From: Hypanus sabinus
Lineage: Eukaryota
Direction of reading: 5' to 3'
Length of the DNA stretch: 64,000 nt
NCBI RefSeq assembly: GCF_030144855.1
Contig: NC_082731.1
Coordinates: 21,390,001-21,454,000, forward strand
How positions within the stretch are numbered: position 1 is the stretch's first letter; each line of letters starts with the position of its first letter. The position numbers were made by a program, and so were the translations under genes. The notes beneath the pieces are model-generated. The model saw only the letters and a list, made by a program, of their open reading frames with translations, searched no databases and was not told where the DNA came from. This document shows, piece after piece, positions 1-11,673 of this stretch.

Positions 1-760
1 CTGTGAATTCAATGTTCTGCCGGCAGGTAGGAGGCTACCTAGGCGGGAGATAAGGTATTGCTCCATCGACCTGCGTATGGCCTCATCTTGACGGTAGAAC
101 AGGCCATGGACAGACATATGTGAGTGGGAGTGGTCTGTGGAATTGAAGTGTGTGGCCAAAGGGAGATGCCGAGTGGTCTGTGAAATTAAGTGTGTGGCCA
201 CAGGAACACCTCGTTTCGCCAAACACCGGCGCTCAGTCCTCCAGCAGAGGCGAGATCTCCCTGTGGCCACACACTTCAATTCCACAGACGACTCCCATTC
301 TGATATGTCTGTCCATGGCTTCCTCTAACGTCAAGATGAGGTCACACGCAGGTCGATGGAGCAATACCTTATCTCCCGCCGAGGTAGCCTCCTACCTGCC
401 GGCATGATCATTCAACTCACTGAACTCCGTTGATACCCCTGCCCCCCCTTACCCCACCCCTATCTATAATTTTAGTCTGGTTCTCCTTCTCTCTTCCCCA
501 CCCCTCACTATAATATACCCCGCCCTACCTTTTCTTTTATTTCACATAATTCTCCACCTTTCCCTTAACCCATTTCCCTCCAGTCTATCACTTCCCAGCT
601 CTCTACTTTATCGCTCCCTCCAATTCTTATCCCCCCTCAACCATCCGATGTTACTTCACTCCTGATGAAGGGTTTCGGCCCGAAACGTCGTCACTACATT
701 CTCCCATAGATGCTGTCTGGCCTGCTGCGTTCTGCCAGCATTTGTGTTTTTTTTTCTGAA
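1..760 (+). mobile_element. Penelope-like retroelement 3' fragment (GIY-YIG C-terminal remnant plus pseudo-LTR) with an inverted partial copy at its 5' side
   Basis: About 205-405 translates as RFAKHRRSV...DLPVATHFNS..SHSDMSVHG, resembling the GIY-YIG endonuclease C-terminus of Penelope-like elements. About 14-160 is the reverse complement of about 262-405. The 3' tail carries a hammerhead motif at about 660. Confidence 0.75.
655..695 (+). ncRNA. Minimal hammerhead ribozyme motif of the Penelope pseudo-LTR type
   Basis: CTGATGA at 662-668, stem II GGG/CCC with loop TTTCGG, GAAA at 682-685, then CGTC. Stem I pairing is poor, so activity is doubtful. Confidence 0.6.
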
Positions 761-849
761 GCATCTGTATTATGGTTCTACTGGAGAATGTTAAAAATAT
801 CATAGAATACAGACACATAAAATGAAAATGTTCGTAGAAGAGCCGAAGC

Positions 850-1135
850 AGATAAGTCACTCATACAAACAATGAGAAAGACAACTCAGATTCCTGGAAC
901 ACATAATTGGGAAGGATGATCTGGAATAACTCATACGCTCTGGAAAGTTTGATGGGAGGAAACCCAGAGAAAGAACTCGGTTTATGTACAACAGAAACAT
1001 AGCCAAGTGGCTATACATCGAGGAAATGGAAGTCATCGAAAGAACGGCGGATAGATCTATATGGAAAACCATGCCACCAACGTCCTTATCGGATATGGTA
1101 CCTAGACATACAAAGAGACTGTATTTAAGTATCGC
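850..1135 (+). mobile_element. RTE-clade LINE 3' remnant
   Basis: Translates with lesions as RQLRFLEHIIGKDDLE*LIRSGKFDGRKPR, resembling the RTE ORF C-terminus (QLRFLGH...GK..G.R.RGR). Confidence 0.55.
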
Positions 1136-1179
1136 CGTTCTTGCGTTGGTTTACCCTATTGCCTACCAAAGACATCGAA

Positions 1180-2790
1180 AAAACACAACACAATACAGGC
1201 CCTTCGGCCCACAACGCTGTGCCGAACATTTCCTTACCTTTAATCTAACTAGGCTTACACACATCCCTTTTTTTTTCCTAAGCATGTACATATCCAGGAG
1301 TCACTAAAAGACCATTTGTATTCCACCTCAACCGCCGCCACCAGCAGCCGTTTCCAAGAACTCACTAGTCTCTGCATAAACAATTTCCCCCTGACATCTA
1401 CTCTGTATTTCCTGCCAAGCACATTAAAACTATACCCTCTCGAGCTACCCATTTTAGCCTTGGAAAAAAAGAAGAGTCTCAGACAAACTACACGATCAAT
1501 GCCTCTCACTATCTTGCACACATCTATCCGGTCACCACTCATCCTCCGTCGCTCCAAGGATAAAAGTGCGAGTTTACTCAAACTATTCTCATAAAGCATG
1601 TTCCCCAATCCAGGCAGCGTCCTTTCTATGGTTTCCACGACTTGCCATAGTGAGCCGACTAGAATTGAGCATCAATTGTCCAGTGGAGTGTTTCAGGGAT
1701 CTGTTCTGGGATCCCTATCTTTGTGATTTTGATAAATGACCTCGGCCGCCATGCAGAATATGATCCCTGTACAACCATACTTTGCCTTCTTGGGGCATGT
1801 CAGTTCTGGATTTACAAAGTAATTACTCTTGGATACCATACCTCCTTAATTTCTCAATAAGGCTTGTCAAACCCCTTGTTAAAGTCCATATACACTACAT
1901 CTGCGGTTCTGCTTCATCAGTGTGCCTTTTACTTGCCTTTTACAACGCCATGCTGACTATTACATATCATATTAAGCCTCTCCAAATGTTCATAACTACT
2001 GCCTCTCAGGATCTTCTCCTCAACTTACCAACCACTGAAGTAAGGCTCACTGGTATATCATTTCCTGGGCAATCCCTCCTCCCCTTCTTGAATAATTGAA
2101 CGACAGCCGTAACACTCCAGACCACCGTAACGAATCTTGTACTCATTGATGATGCAAAATCATCGCCAGAGCCTCAGCAAACTTCTCCCTTGCTTAGCAG
2201 AGTAGCCTGGGGTAAATCACGCCCGGTCCCAATGTCTTATCCAACAATGCTTTCCAAAATCTCCAGCACACCCGCTTCCTTAAGATGAACACGCAACAGT
2301 ATTTTCTGTACGCTGAGGTCTAAATGTTCCAGAAATCTGAATCCCTACCCACTGCTCCAGTCCCACAGCCACGCATGTATCCTCCACCTCATTCTATTCC
2401 TATACTCACGGTCACCGGGCACAGATAGCAATCACGAGATTCCTTCCTTTGAGGACCTGATACTCAACATCCTTCCTCCCTGCCTGTAGTCCGTTTTCAG
2501 GAACTTCTGCATTTTCTTACCTATGTCATTGGTACCGATAAGTACCACGATCTCTGGCTGTTCTCCTTCTCATTTAAAAATATTGTGGACGCAGTCAGAA
2601 TCATGTTGGACCCTGGCAAATGGGAGGCAAACTCCCAACCTGATTTCATTCCTGTATCCACAAAATCGCTTGACTTAGTCCCTAACTAGAGAGTATCCTA
2701 TCACTGCTGCCATCCTCTTCCTAGCCTTACATTTCCGAGCGGCAGAGCCAGACTCTGTGCGAGAGGCGCGACCGCCTTTACTTCCACTAG
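1180..2790 (-). mobile_element. Fragmented CR1 LINE pieces (3' end, RT fragment, ORF1 esterase fragment)
   Basis: Minus-strand SLERRRMSGDRIDVCKIVRGIDRV...RGYSFNV (CR1 C-terminus), DVVYMDFNKGFDK (RT, about 1880-1920) and IVVLIGTND (ORF1 SGNH esterase, about 2525-2555). Many stops and frameshifts. Confidence 0.8.
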
Positions 2791-3800
2791 CTCCAGTGCA
2801 TGATAAGAAATAGAAACAAGGAACCCTAAAGGACAATACAGGCACTTTAGCCCACAAAACTGGGCCGAACATGTTTCTACCTTAGAAAATGAATATTGTT
2901 ACACATGGCCGTCTATTTTAGGAAGCTACCTGCCAGGAGTCTCTTAAAAGACTAACATTTCCGCCTCAAACACCGTCGCTGCAGCACATTCCACTGTCTC
3001 ACCATTCTCTGCGTTAAAAAAAAACCTTACCCCTGACATCTCCTCTGTACCGACTTCCCAGCTCATAAGCTGTGCCCTTTCGTGTTAACTATTTCAGCGT
3101 GTTGCCCAAAACAGACAATATCCTGGTAAACCTCTGCGCACTTTCCATCATTTTCACATCTTCCTCCTGTAACGAGGCGAGTAGAGCTGACCAAGGTTCT
3201 CCAAGTTCGGTCTGACAAGGCTCCTATGTATTTACAAAATTATCTCTCGGTTCTTATGTTCAATTCCACGACCTCTGAAGGTCAATGCGCCATATGTCTT
3301 CATAAGCACATAGTCAACACGCAGAGCGTTTTTGAGTGTCATATGGACTCGGACTCCAAGATCCATCTGAACCTCCACAATGCTACGATTCTTACCAATA
3401 ATTCTATATTCTGCCATCACATTAGACCTACCAAAACGTGCCATCTCACAATTATCTGGGATGAACTGCACCTGCCAATCCTCAGCCCAGGTTTGCATCC
3501 TATCAATGACTTCCTGTAAATTGTCGAAGTGCGGAACTACCTTCCACACTTGTGGAATGCCTTGGGGCTTTCCTGAATCTTGCCCGGCAAGGACTTTTCA
3601 TGGGCCCTTCAAGCTCCTAATGTCATTCTTAAGCTCCTTTCTGCTCGCCTTCTGACCATCCAGATCTCTATCATTACCCTATTTTCTGAATCTTTAGTAA
3701 GCACTTCTACCTCTCTTGATGATTTACCATAATGGCTAGCAACTCGCCGCGCTTGCGCGATCGACTGATAGATCTTTGAGAGATTCCCAGTAGTAGTAAA
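2790..3800 (-). mobile_element. CR1 LINE remnant lacking the RT core
   Basis: The inter-domain motif resembling RGHEKALA.RIKENPKAF (about 3555-3620) is followed directly by the post-YADD region LQEVIDRMQTWAEDWQVQF...DLGVRVH and the CR1 3' end. Confidence 0.7.
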
Positions 3801-3948
3801 ATAAAAACAAATCCACAAATACATATTAGAGATTGTTTCCTGGTTGCGGGATTTTAGTTCCATACTTTCTGCCAAATGCGCATGCGCACGGCTCTCCCCA
3901 CCACCCCCCCCCCCCCCCCCACGCGACCCCGCATTACAGACTGTATAT

Positions 3949-4817
3949 CAGCGGTCCCCAACCACCTGGCCGCGCGAGGAATCAACATGAATCAGTTGCA
4001 GCTTTCCTCACTCCCTGTGAAATTGTTGAAATTGTACCCACGCGATGTCATCAGTCGCCTAACGCGGTAATACCCTCGCGCCAGTGTTCGCCTCGCGCGG
4101 CCGGCGAGAAAGCCGATGCTACTGACCCGGAGCGCGGACAGAGGGGCGCCGCTTCTAAACCTGTTTAGCACACGAATGTTCGTGGGGAACCCGGTGCTAA
4201 CATATTCGCAGACGACCTATTGCGGACTCAAGGTCTTCTGTGTAACAGAGCAGCTACCTCTCTGCGATATACTGAAAGTCGTCCCTCCAGTCAAACATTC
4301 GTCCGCCGATAGAACCTACAAGAGGGCGGTCGCGGATCTGTCGCACCCCTCGCTTGGTCGGTCACTGTCTACGGATTGCGACCGCCGCGGCCCCGGCTAG
4401 CTAACCTCCAGCCCTGACCATGTCCTCGCACCCCACCCACGACCAACCTCACCTGACTAGGGCGTCTGGCGGCGGGAGGCCAGAGGCTGGAGTTCGGGCC
4501 GGGAGGCTGTCTAATGAGGCAGTGAAACCCTCAAAACGGCTTTGGTACTTTGAGTCTAAGGACCCTACACTTAAAGACAAACCCGTTGATATTTTTCAGC
4601 GGAAAAAAAAAAAAAAAACGTGAGCAAGAGGGACAGAAGCTAAGTGCCGAGAGCCGCGAAAATTAACTGCGGAATAGACCGGACATAAGGAACCTGCTTT
4701 GTGTATCTCTGTATTTCGTTCGTAGTTAACATCCCCCCAGCCCCCCGTCGGCCGCTCCGCCAAATTATTGTCAATATGAAAACAGTCCGTGGTGCAAAAA
4801 AAGGGTGGGTACCCCTG
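3949..4817 (+). mobile_element. Non-autonomous hAT (Charlie-like) DNA transposon
   Basis: Left TIR cagcggtccccaacc (3949-3963) and right TIR gggtgggtacccctg (4803-4817). Flanks ctgtatat / gtgtttat match 6/8 as a decayed 8-bp TSD. Internal transposase remnant KPSKRLWYFESKDPTLKDKPVDIFQRKK. Confidence 0.75.
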
Positions 4818-4974
4818 GTGTTTATGCCTTACTTCTACTTCGGGGTTGCGGGGTTTTACTTCCCGTCTTTTCTGCCCCAGTTTGCATCCCTGTAACAAAT
4901 CGATCTGGGGTCGATCTCGCTTTTCACTGAGGCCGAGGTACGGTATCTGGGTCTTAGAAATGTTGGTGACCACT

Positions 4975-6700
4975 AACGTACAGCAAACCTTCTACACCAC
5001 GGTTCCTGTAGCCTACAATCCTTTACCTGTCTCATTGGAAAAGTATGTAAGCTGAACACCACGCAAATATCCTCTGAACATTTGCCACATTTCTTCCACA
5101 CGTTTCCCTGGGAACACCTGTTTCCGATTTTTACTTCCAAGTTCCTGCCTGATAGCCTCATATTTCCCCTCTCTTCAGTTAAACGCTTCTCCAAATTGCC
5201 TGTTCCTATCCCGGTTCAATGCAATGGTAAAGGAGATACAATTGTGATCACTAACTCCAAAGATTCCTCCCAGTGAGAGTTCTGATCCCTGAACGGTTAA
5301 CTCCCTTTTCTCCCTTTCCTTTCTGAAACATCTAAATAATAGCAGTGGAAGTACGCATTTCAGCCCTAGAGACATACGTCTCTGTAATGGCCAAGTACTG
5401 ATCTAGTCTCTAAGCTCATTCGCTTTATGCATAATCCTTCTTACATGAAAATGGACACATCTCAAACAATGAGTCTGTGCACGTCTTTTCTCTATCACCT
5501 GCCTATACTCCCTCTCGCACTGTCTCCTAGTTTTCTGTATTTATGAGGCAACCGCCTCTTCCTTCGTTGTCTCAGTTCGGTTTTCACACCTAGTTAGTTC
5601 TAGTTTACACACTCCACAGTAGCCTTCGCTAACCTCCCCGCCAGGATATTTGTTCGCTTGGGATTAATGCTCAGCTCGTCCTGTTCATATAGATCACACC
5701 TAGCGCAAAATAAGATTCAATAATCCCTGCCCTCTGCTCCAATCCCTCAGTTAGGCATTCATTCTCCAGCTCATTATATTTCTATACTCACTGTCGCATG
5801 GCACAGGCTGAAATTCCGAGATTGCAACTTCTGTGCTCTTGCTTCTCATCTTCCTTCCAAACTCCTTGTGGTCTGATTTCAGGTCCTCATCCCTTTACCT
5901 ACCTATGTGTTTCTACAAATGTGTACCACGACGTCAGTCTGCACTCCGTCCCACTTCAAGGAAGCACGGACGCGAACAGAAACACACCGGACCCTGGCAC
6001 CTCGGAGGCAAACGACCATCCTGCATCTACTGATCGCCTGTCCTACTCCCTAACTATAGAGTATCATATCACTGCTGCCATCCTCTTCCTTTGCCTACAC
6101 TTCTGAGCCACAGGGCCAGACACTGTGCCAGAGGCGCGGCCAATGTTCCTTTCCCCATACAGACCGTCTCTTCCAACAGACATTAAGCAGGAATACTTAT
6201 TGATAAAGGGGATAGGCACTGGATTATTCGCTTGACTCTGCCTCGCCCCTCCCTCTCCTTACTGTTATGTACTTACCTGTCTCCCGAGTCCTGTGTGAGA
6301 CTAACTTGCTATTGATTTTCTCTAACGATTCCTCACTCTCTCTGAACAGACGAAGTTCATCAAGCTGCATCTCCAGTTCCAAAACTCGGTGCATAAGGAG
6401 CTGCAGTTCAATGTATCTGGCGTAGATATGGCTGTCCGGGAGGTTGGATGTCTCCCAGAGTTTCCACATTTGACTCCAAGCCTCAAACACATATATCCTG
6501 TCTCTATTCTACACAGCTAACCTCCCCTCCAACCATTATCGCCGAAGCCTCTTTCTTCCAAAGCCTTCCTATTCTATCCCCCTCTTCTGTATCGTTCCTA
6601 CGCCCGCTCTATGAATCTGCCTTCTGTTTAAAGACTTCTCGCTGTTCTCACCAGCTAATGTTCATGCACTTACTCAGTCATGCCCCAATCAAACCGCTGA
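4975..6700 (-). mobile_element. CR1 LINE 5' portion (ORF1 N-terminus, ORF2 pieces), decayed
   Basis: MWKLWETSNLPDSHI...IELQLLMHRVLELEMQLDELRL (6224-6490) matches the CR1 ORF1 zinc-finger/leucine-zipper pattern. Confidence 0.75.
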
Positions 6701-8539
6701 AGAAATACGCATCTCCTTTTAAATTCTTCTCCTCAACTTCACCCAACTTGCTGCATTGTCTATATGCTCGAAATGCAGTCCAGATTAAAAAGTTCGATGA
6801 ATATTCCATTCTCCACTTCCCTCCAGAATAGGCACTTGAACTGATGGTTTGTTCAGTTCTTCATTTCTGGCTGAGCTTGCATCATAAGAAAATCTGATGT
6901 GTTGTACATCTCCAGAATTGTTGTTGATATCCAAATGTTCATTGACAGTGTAATTGATTCCCCTGCAGCCAATGTCCTGATAGCCACAGCGACCAGTCTG
7001 CATTTTTTTCTATCAATTCCATTGACATTTGCATATCTATCGTTGGCAGGATCAAATTTAATGTTCGAAATATTTTCGAAAATTGCACTTAATTAATTAA
7101 CTAATGCTAGTGTGATTGCACTACGTTGCTTTCTGAATTCAATTGATGCAACTCCAATCACATGTCAGAATATAAATTTCATCACTTTCTTTCATGTTCT
7201 TTGGAGCCTCCAACTCACTAATTTTTAATTCACATACAATGAACGAAGTACAGTTTTGTCCTTCGGTTTTGAATGTAGAACCATCAGAAGCTCTCAATTT
7301 GGAACAATATAAATGAACAATTATTGCATTAATATGTACATTTTCTACGTGGCATCGCTCTCTCAGTCACTTCCTGTTTCTCTCTCTCTCTATCTACCTC
7401 TCTATCCATCTATAAAACTGTCTGTCTTTTATATACGGAAGAATTTAGAATTCCCTTATCGGCATTCTTCCAGTAAGTTTATTTGCATATGATTTCTGAA
7501 ATAATAATCATCTTTATATGTTGATACCTTATTTAAGGATTCTAGTTTAACACACGTTTGACAACATTTGGGAAAAGTCTGCCAAAAAATCTACAACAAC
7601 GGATTTCAAATTTTCACAGAATTATTCTTCTAATCTGCTGAATGTGTCTGTATCATCGTGTGGCACACTTTGCAGCCGTGTTCGTCCTCGAGCAATGTGT
7701 GGGAGCTAATGGGATCCTACATATAAAAAAATATATTGTAATTTAGGAAGGAAATTTCTTCGGACTATTATCCATATTTAATTAAGGCATATGTCAATAT
7801 TAATAGAATCGCCAGAAGTATCGCTAGTCTGCTCCTTAATGTTCACAGTAGCTGGGAAGTGTTGGTGTATCAATGCTTTTCGTTTCCAATTGGCCAATCA
7901 GCTCGCTATTCCAGATATTGTTTTGCTCTCAGCACACTGTGTTTTAATCTGCCACTCGATGCTCTGACACGGAGCCTTGTTAAAGGCAATCTGAAGATTA
8001 AAGTGTGCCATAGGTATCCGTACCCGGATCATTCTATCCTTATAGGGAACATTAGCAAATTCTGTAAACTTATCAAAGACTAGAGTCCATGTTACTTGTT
8101 TTCAGTTGTTTTCTCAATTTCCCAGATCCAAACGATTTGCTGAAGAGCTTGCGGGTTTCACAGTAACCCTAGCAATCGTTGCCAACAACAACCCTCTCAA
8201 CCCCCTGCTAGATCTGGTCACGGTTTCCAATTTGCACTCCTTAATCCAATTATCAGTACTGCTGTTGGATTAACCTGTTGCTATCAACTCCATTTATTAA
8301 AATGTCCTCTCCCCTCGCTCTCTATCTCTTTGGTAATACAGCACTGATAATTCGTGCGACCCGAATTGTCCACGGTGCACGAGTTGCTTTACATGCTCTG
8401 TTACCCAACATTCTGTTTGTTTTTTTTTTTGTTTCTCTACAGACTCTAGCATCTGTGGTTGCAGGATGACTTGGACAACTTGCAACAATGGACACAAAAC
8501 CGCCTAATGCACGAGAGTGTTGGAAAATGTCTGATAATG

Positions 8540-8780
8540 CATTTTGGCTAAAGGAACAATAGTGCGGACTATTATACAAATCGGGGAATTTTCAAACATC
8601 AGACGTGCAGAGAGAAGTAGGAGTCCTCGTGCAAGACGTTCAGAAGGACAATTCACTAGTCCATTCTAGGGTAAAGAAAACAAAAAGCACATAGAAAATA
8701 TTGTACATTTATTGGACATCCGTATGAGAGAAGAGCATAGGAATAAAAATATCGGACAGAATCTTTTCAAAGGGCTAGGA
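8540..8780 (+). mobile_element. CR1 RT C-terminal remnant
   Basis: Decayed GKCLIMHFG.RN...DY.......QREVGVLVQ pattern. Confidence 0.55.
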
Positions 8781-8849
8781 AGACACCGTGCAAGTTGTTC
8801 AAAAACAACGCATTGAGGTTTTTTTTTATTATTCCACATCCGATCATTT

Positions 8850-9234
8850 GGAATGTTTAGCCTGGCTATCTGTAATAGTATGAAGGCTTTCTTTACCTGT
8901 GAACCAGGTCTGAACGTTGCCCATTACTTTACTCAGTTGAAGCCCGTCCTCCCTCAGACCGATGATGGAAACATCATATTTATCTGCAGTTTGTCCGATA
9001 CCTACCATGTAAATGTTGATATCACCTGTACGCAGGCGGACAGTCTGAGTTTGCTGCGCAGATTGAGAAAAAAAGAAGTAAAAGCAGATTTCGTTAAAGG
9101 CCATTTTTTTCTCTCTTTTTAGGTAAACCAGAGCTCCCTAAATAATCATCAATAGGTCTGAAGATGTAGTCTGACGCGGTATTGTATTAATCTGCTGGTA
9201 CACTTACTGTGAGAGAAACCGACAAAATGCTCAT
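8850..9234 (-). pseudogene. Possible highly decayed Ig/TCR V relic (alternatively a LINE remnant)
   Basis: ATG at 9234, 27-nt exon, GTAAGT donor at 9207, polypyrimidine-CAG acceptor before 9053. The exon has CGT at a possible Cys23 position, atggta-ggtatcgg-a-caa (near MVWYRQ) and WFTG...HTITDSQAKHS. No YYC and no RSS. Confidence 0.2.
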
Positions 9235-11673
9235 ACCTGAAAAACCGCTTGCTCTTATATCGCAGCTGCACTCTGATGGGGGATGATTAAAGCAACTTCT
9301 CAGTTGGTTGCTTGGGTATACAATGGCTGAGGCAGCAGGCCAGATCCAATACCACAGGCTCATCAAATGAAACGGTTCACAGAGAATCAGGAAGCAGCCT
9401 GATTAGCTGAGTGCCTGTGTGAGAGTAGACTGACTGTTCTCTCGTTTTTGTAACTCAGGAAGTGCTCCTCTTCCATTCAGAATAAATTTAAACGCAGGTG
9501 CCTGCAACCGTTGTTCTAAGATGTTGACATTGCAGCTGGGGTTAAATCATCACGAGCCTTTAAACGTTTCATGTAGTTCCGTTTCCAGTTGATGAAGAAT
9601 TCTTTGTTTTCAGCTCAAACTGGTAAAGCATAAAGTCCCGGCAGAGAAAAGCACACTCATTCATTAATTGAGCTGAACATTTAATTAATCCATTGGTTCT
9701 AATATAGTGGGTTTCTGAAAATTTACATGCATATTCTGTTGCAGGCATAATTGTTTAATGCTAATGTCTCGTTGCTTTAGGATGCTCTTGGTTTTATATT
9801 GTACTATTGGGACAAGTATACATTGTTCGTGTTTCACTGCCTATTACATTCCTCTTTTAGTGGTGTTATTTATTTCTGTACGTCAGGTGTGCTTTGGAAC
9901 ACTAAATGAGCACTATGTTGCTGGGAAGGGGTTTTCAACGCTTAGACAGGATTTCAACACTTCGTTGTCGAAATTTATGACTCCCACATGAAAATCGTGG
10001 GGTTGTCTTCCAAGTAGGGATATGCTCTTCTATTGTTCTTTTCCTTTTCTTCTTATTCTGTTATGATAATGTCTTCATTTCTCCGAGCTGTGATTTAATT
10101 TAAGCTAGAGATGGGTACATCTTATCAAGACTGCATATGCTTGCATGGCGTGTTAATACTTTTTTCCCTTGATGAAACATATCCTTATGTCTTATATAAC
10201 TGTTCTCTAATTTCTTATATCTATTATTCTTCTCTCCATAATATACTCGGAAGTAGTAATAATTCATGTGCCTTCGGATGTGTAGAAATAAATTATTTTT
10301 TAAAAAATTATGTTTATAAATATTCCAGAATGATTTTGGCACACGATATAATGTCAAAAAACTACATTAGTATCGGTATAGTAAATAAGTTATTTAATGT
10401 TTGGAAAATATCAGTAAGGAAACCATGTCTCCACGAGCCTACCCCCCACGAAAATCTAAGCAACCTTTGCCATGCAGTAGATCATCCGCCCTCGAAGTTC
10501 CAAAGCAGGATATAATTTACTTGCAGCAGCAGGTGGTCCGTGGTACAGCAGACGTTTGGCAAACCTGAAAAGTGAACTAAACTTTTACAAAAGGTGTAAT
10601 GAGTGATAACCAAACCACGGATCGATATACCTAAAGTCATCAACAGCAGGGACAATCTGTGCGACCTTGCAACAGTCTATTAAATAATCTATGTAAATGC
10701 TTCACGTCAGGGACGCTCAGTCAGTCTCTGGATAAATGCATTGTAACAGCTTCTCTTTCTGCCCCATGAGTAGCTCTACCAGTGGAACATTTCGATTTCT
10801 GCAACCTCACACCACCAAAGAGAGTAGAACAATTTTTATGCTGGCGTATTTTTATGTTAACGAAATATGGCTTAACCTATCTGGAAGTTTTTTTTTCAGA
10901 AGTTAAAGTGCTTTACTTTAAATTTTCTTTCACAAATATTTCTGAATCTAATCTGTCCAGTTTCGTAATCTGGTAGGACATTGTGACCGATATTGGCAAT
11001 CAGCCTAGTTTCTGTTGAATTAGACTAGAGGCAAAATTGTCTTTTATTTCTTGCATTTAAACAAATTCGAAAAAAAATAGGTCTGTACTGCAAAGCAGCG
11101 TCATTGAAGTATTTTAAATCCGCCGAGTTTGCCTGGCGTGCGAACGGTGTGTTAGTAGGAAAATAAATTCAATTAGATGCATCAAGACATCCGAACAATA
11201 TTTGTGTTTTTAAAAAAAGAGCAATGTAGCAATCAAAGAACAATGAATACAATCAATCATGCGAAGAAGCAAATCTTACCAAGATGGTAAGTTAGCTAAA
11301 AGCATGGTCTAAGTGCATGGAATGGTCGAAAGGCGGAAGTGCGTGATTTTAATGTAAAGAAGAATATAGGCGCTGTAATCTGCAGCATCTCCTTTATCAG
11401 CGTACTTGTCCCACTGGCTCATTTTCACCATTGCTTTTAACCCCGGAGTACGCTATTATCTCCCTCTGCTGGAATATGTCTGTTCTACCGATAATGCAAA
11501 AAGAAATAATTTCCTATTACCCAGTACATCCCGAATTTCCTGCTTGAGGATGACTTATAGCAGCTGGTGTAATCGAGCTGCCAGAAGTCATCTAGCACGC
11601 ATGCGCATCTCTGAAGCAACGACAGTCGGATCAGAAAACATAACTGGCAGATTTGGCTGATGGTAAAAGAACA

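Noticed and set aside
7400-7830. Possible non-autonomous Helitron-like element ending in ctagt
   Set aside because: The termini and hairpin could not be established by eye. It needs a repeat-library search.
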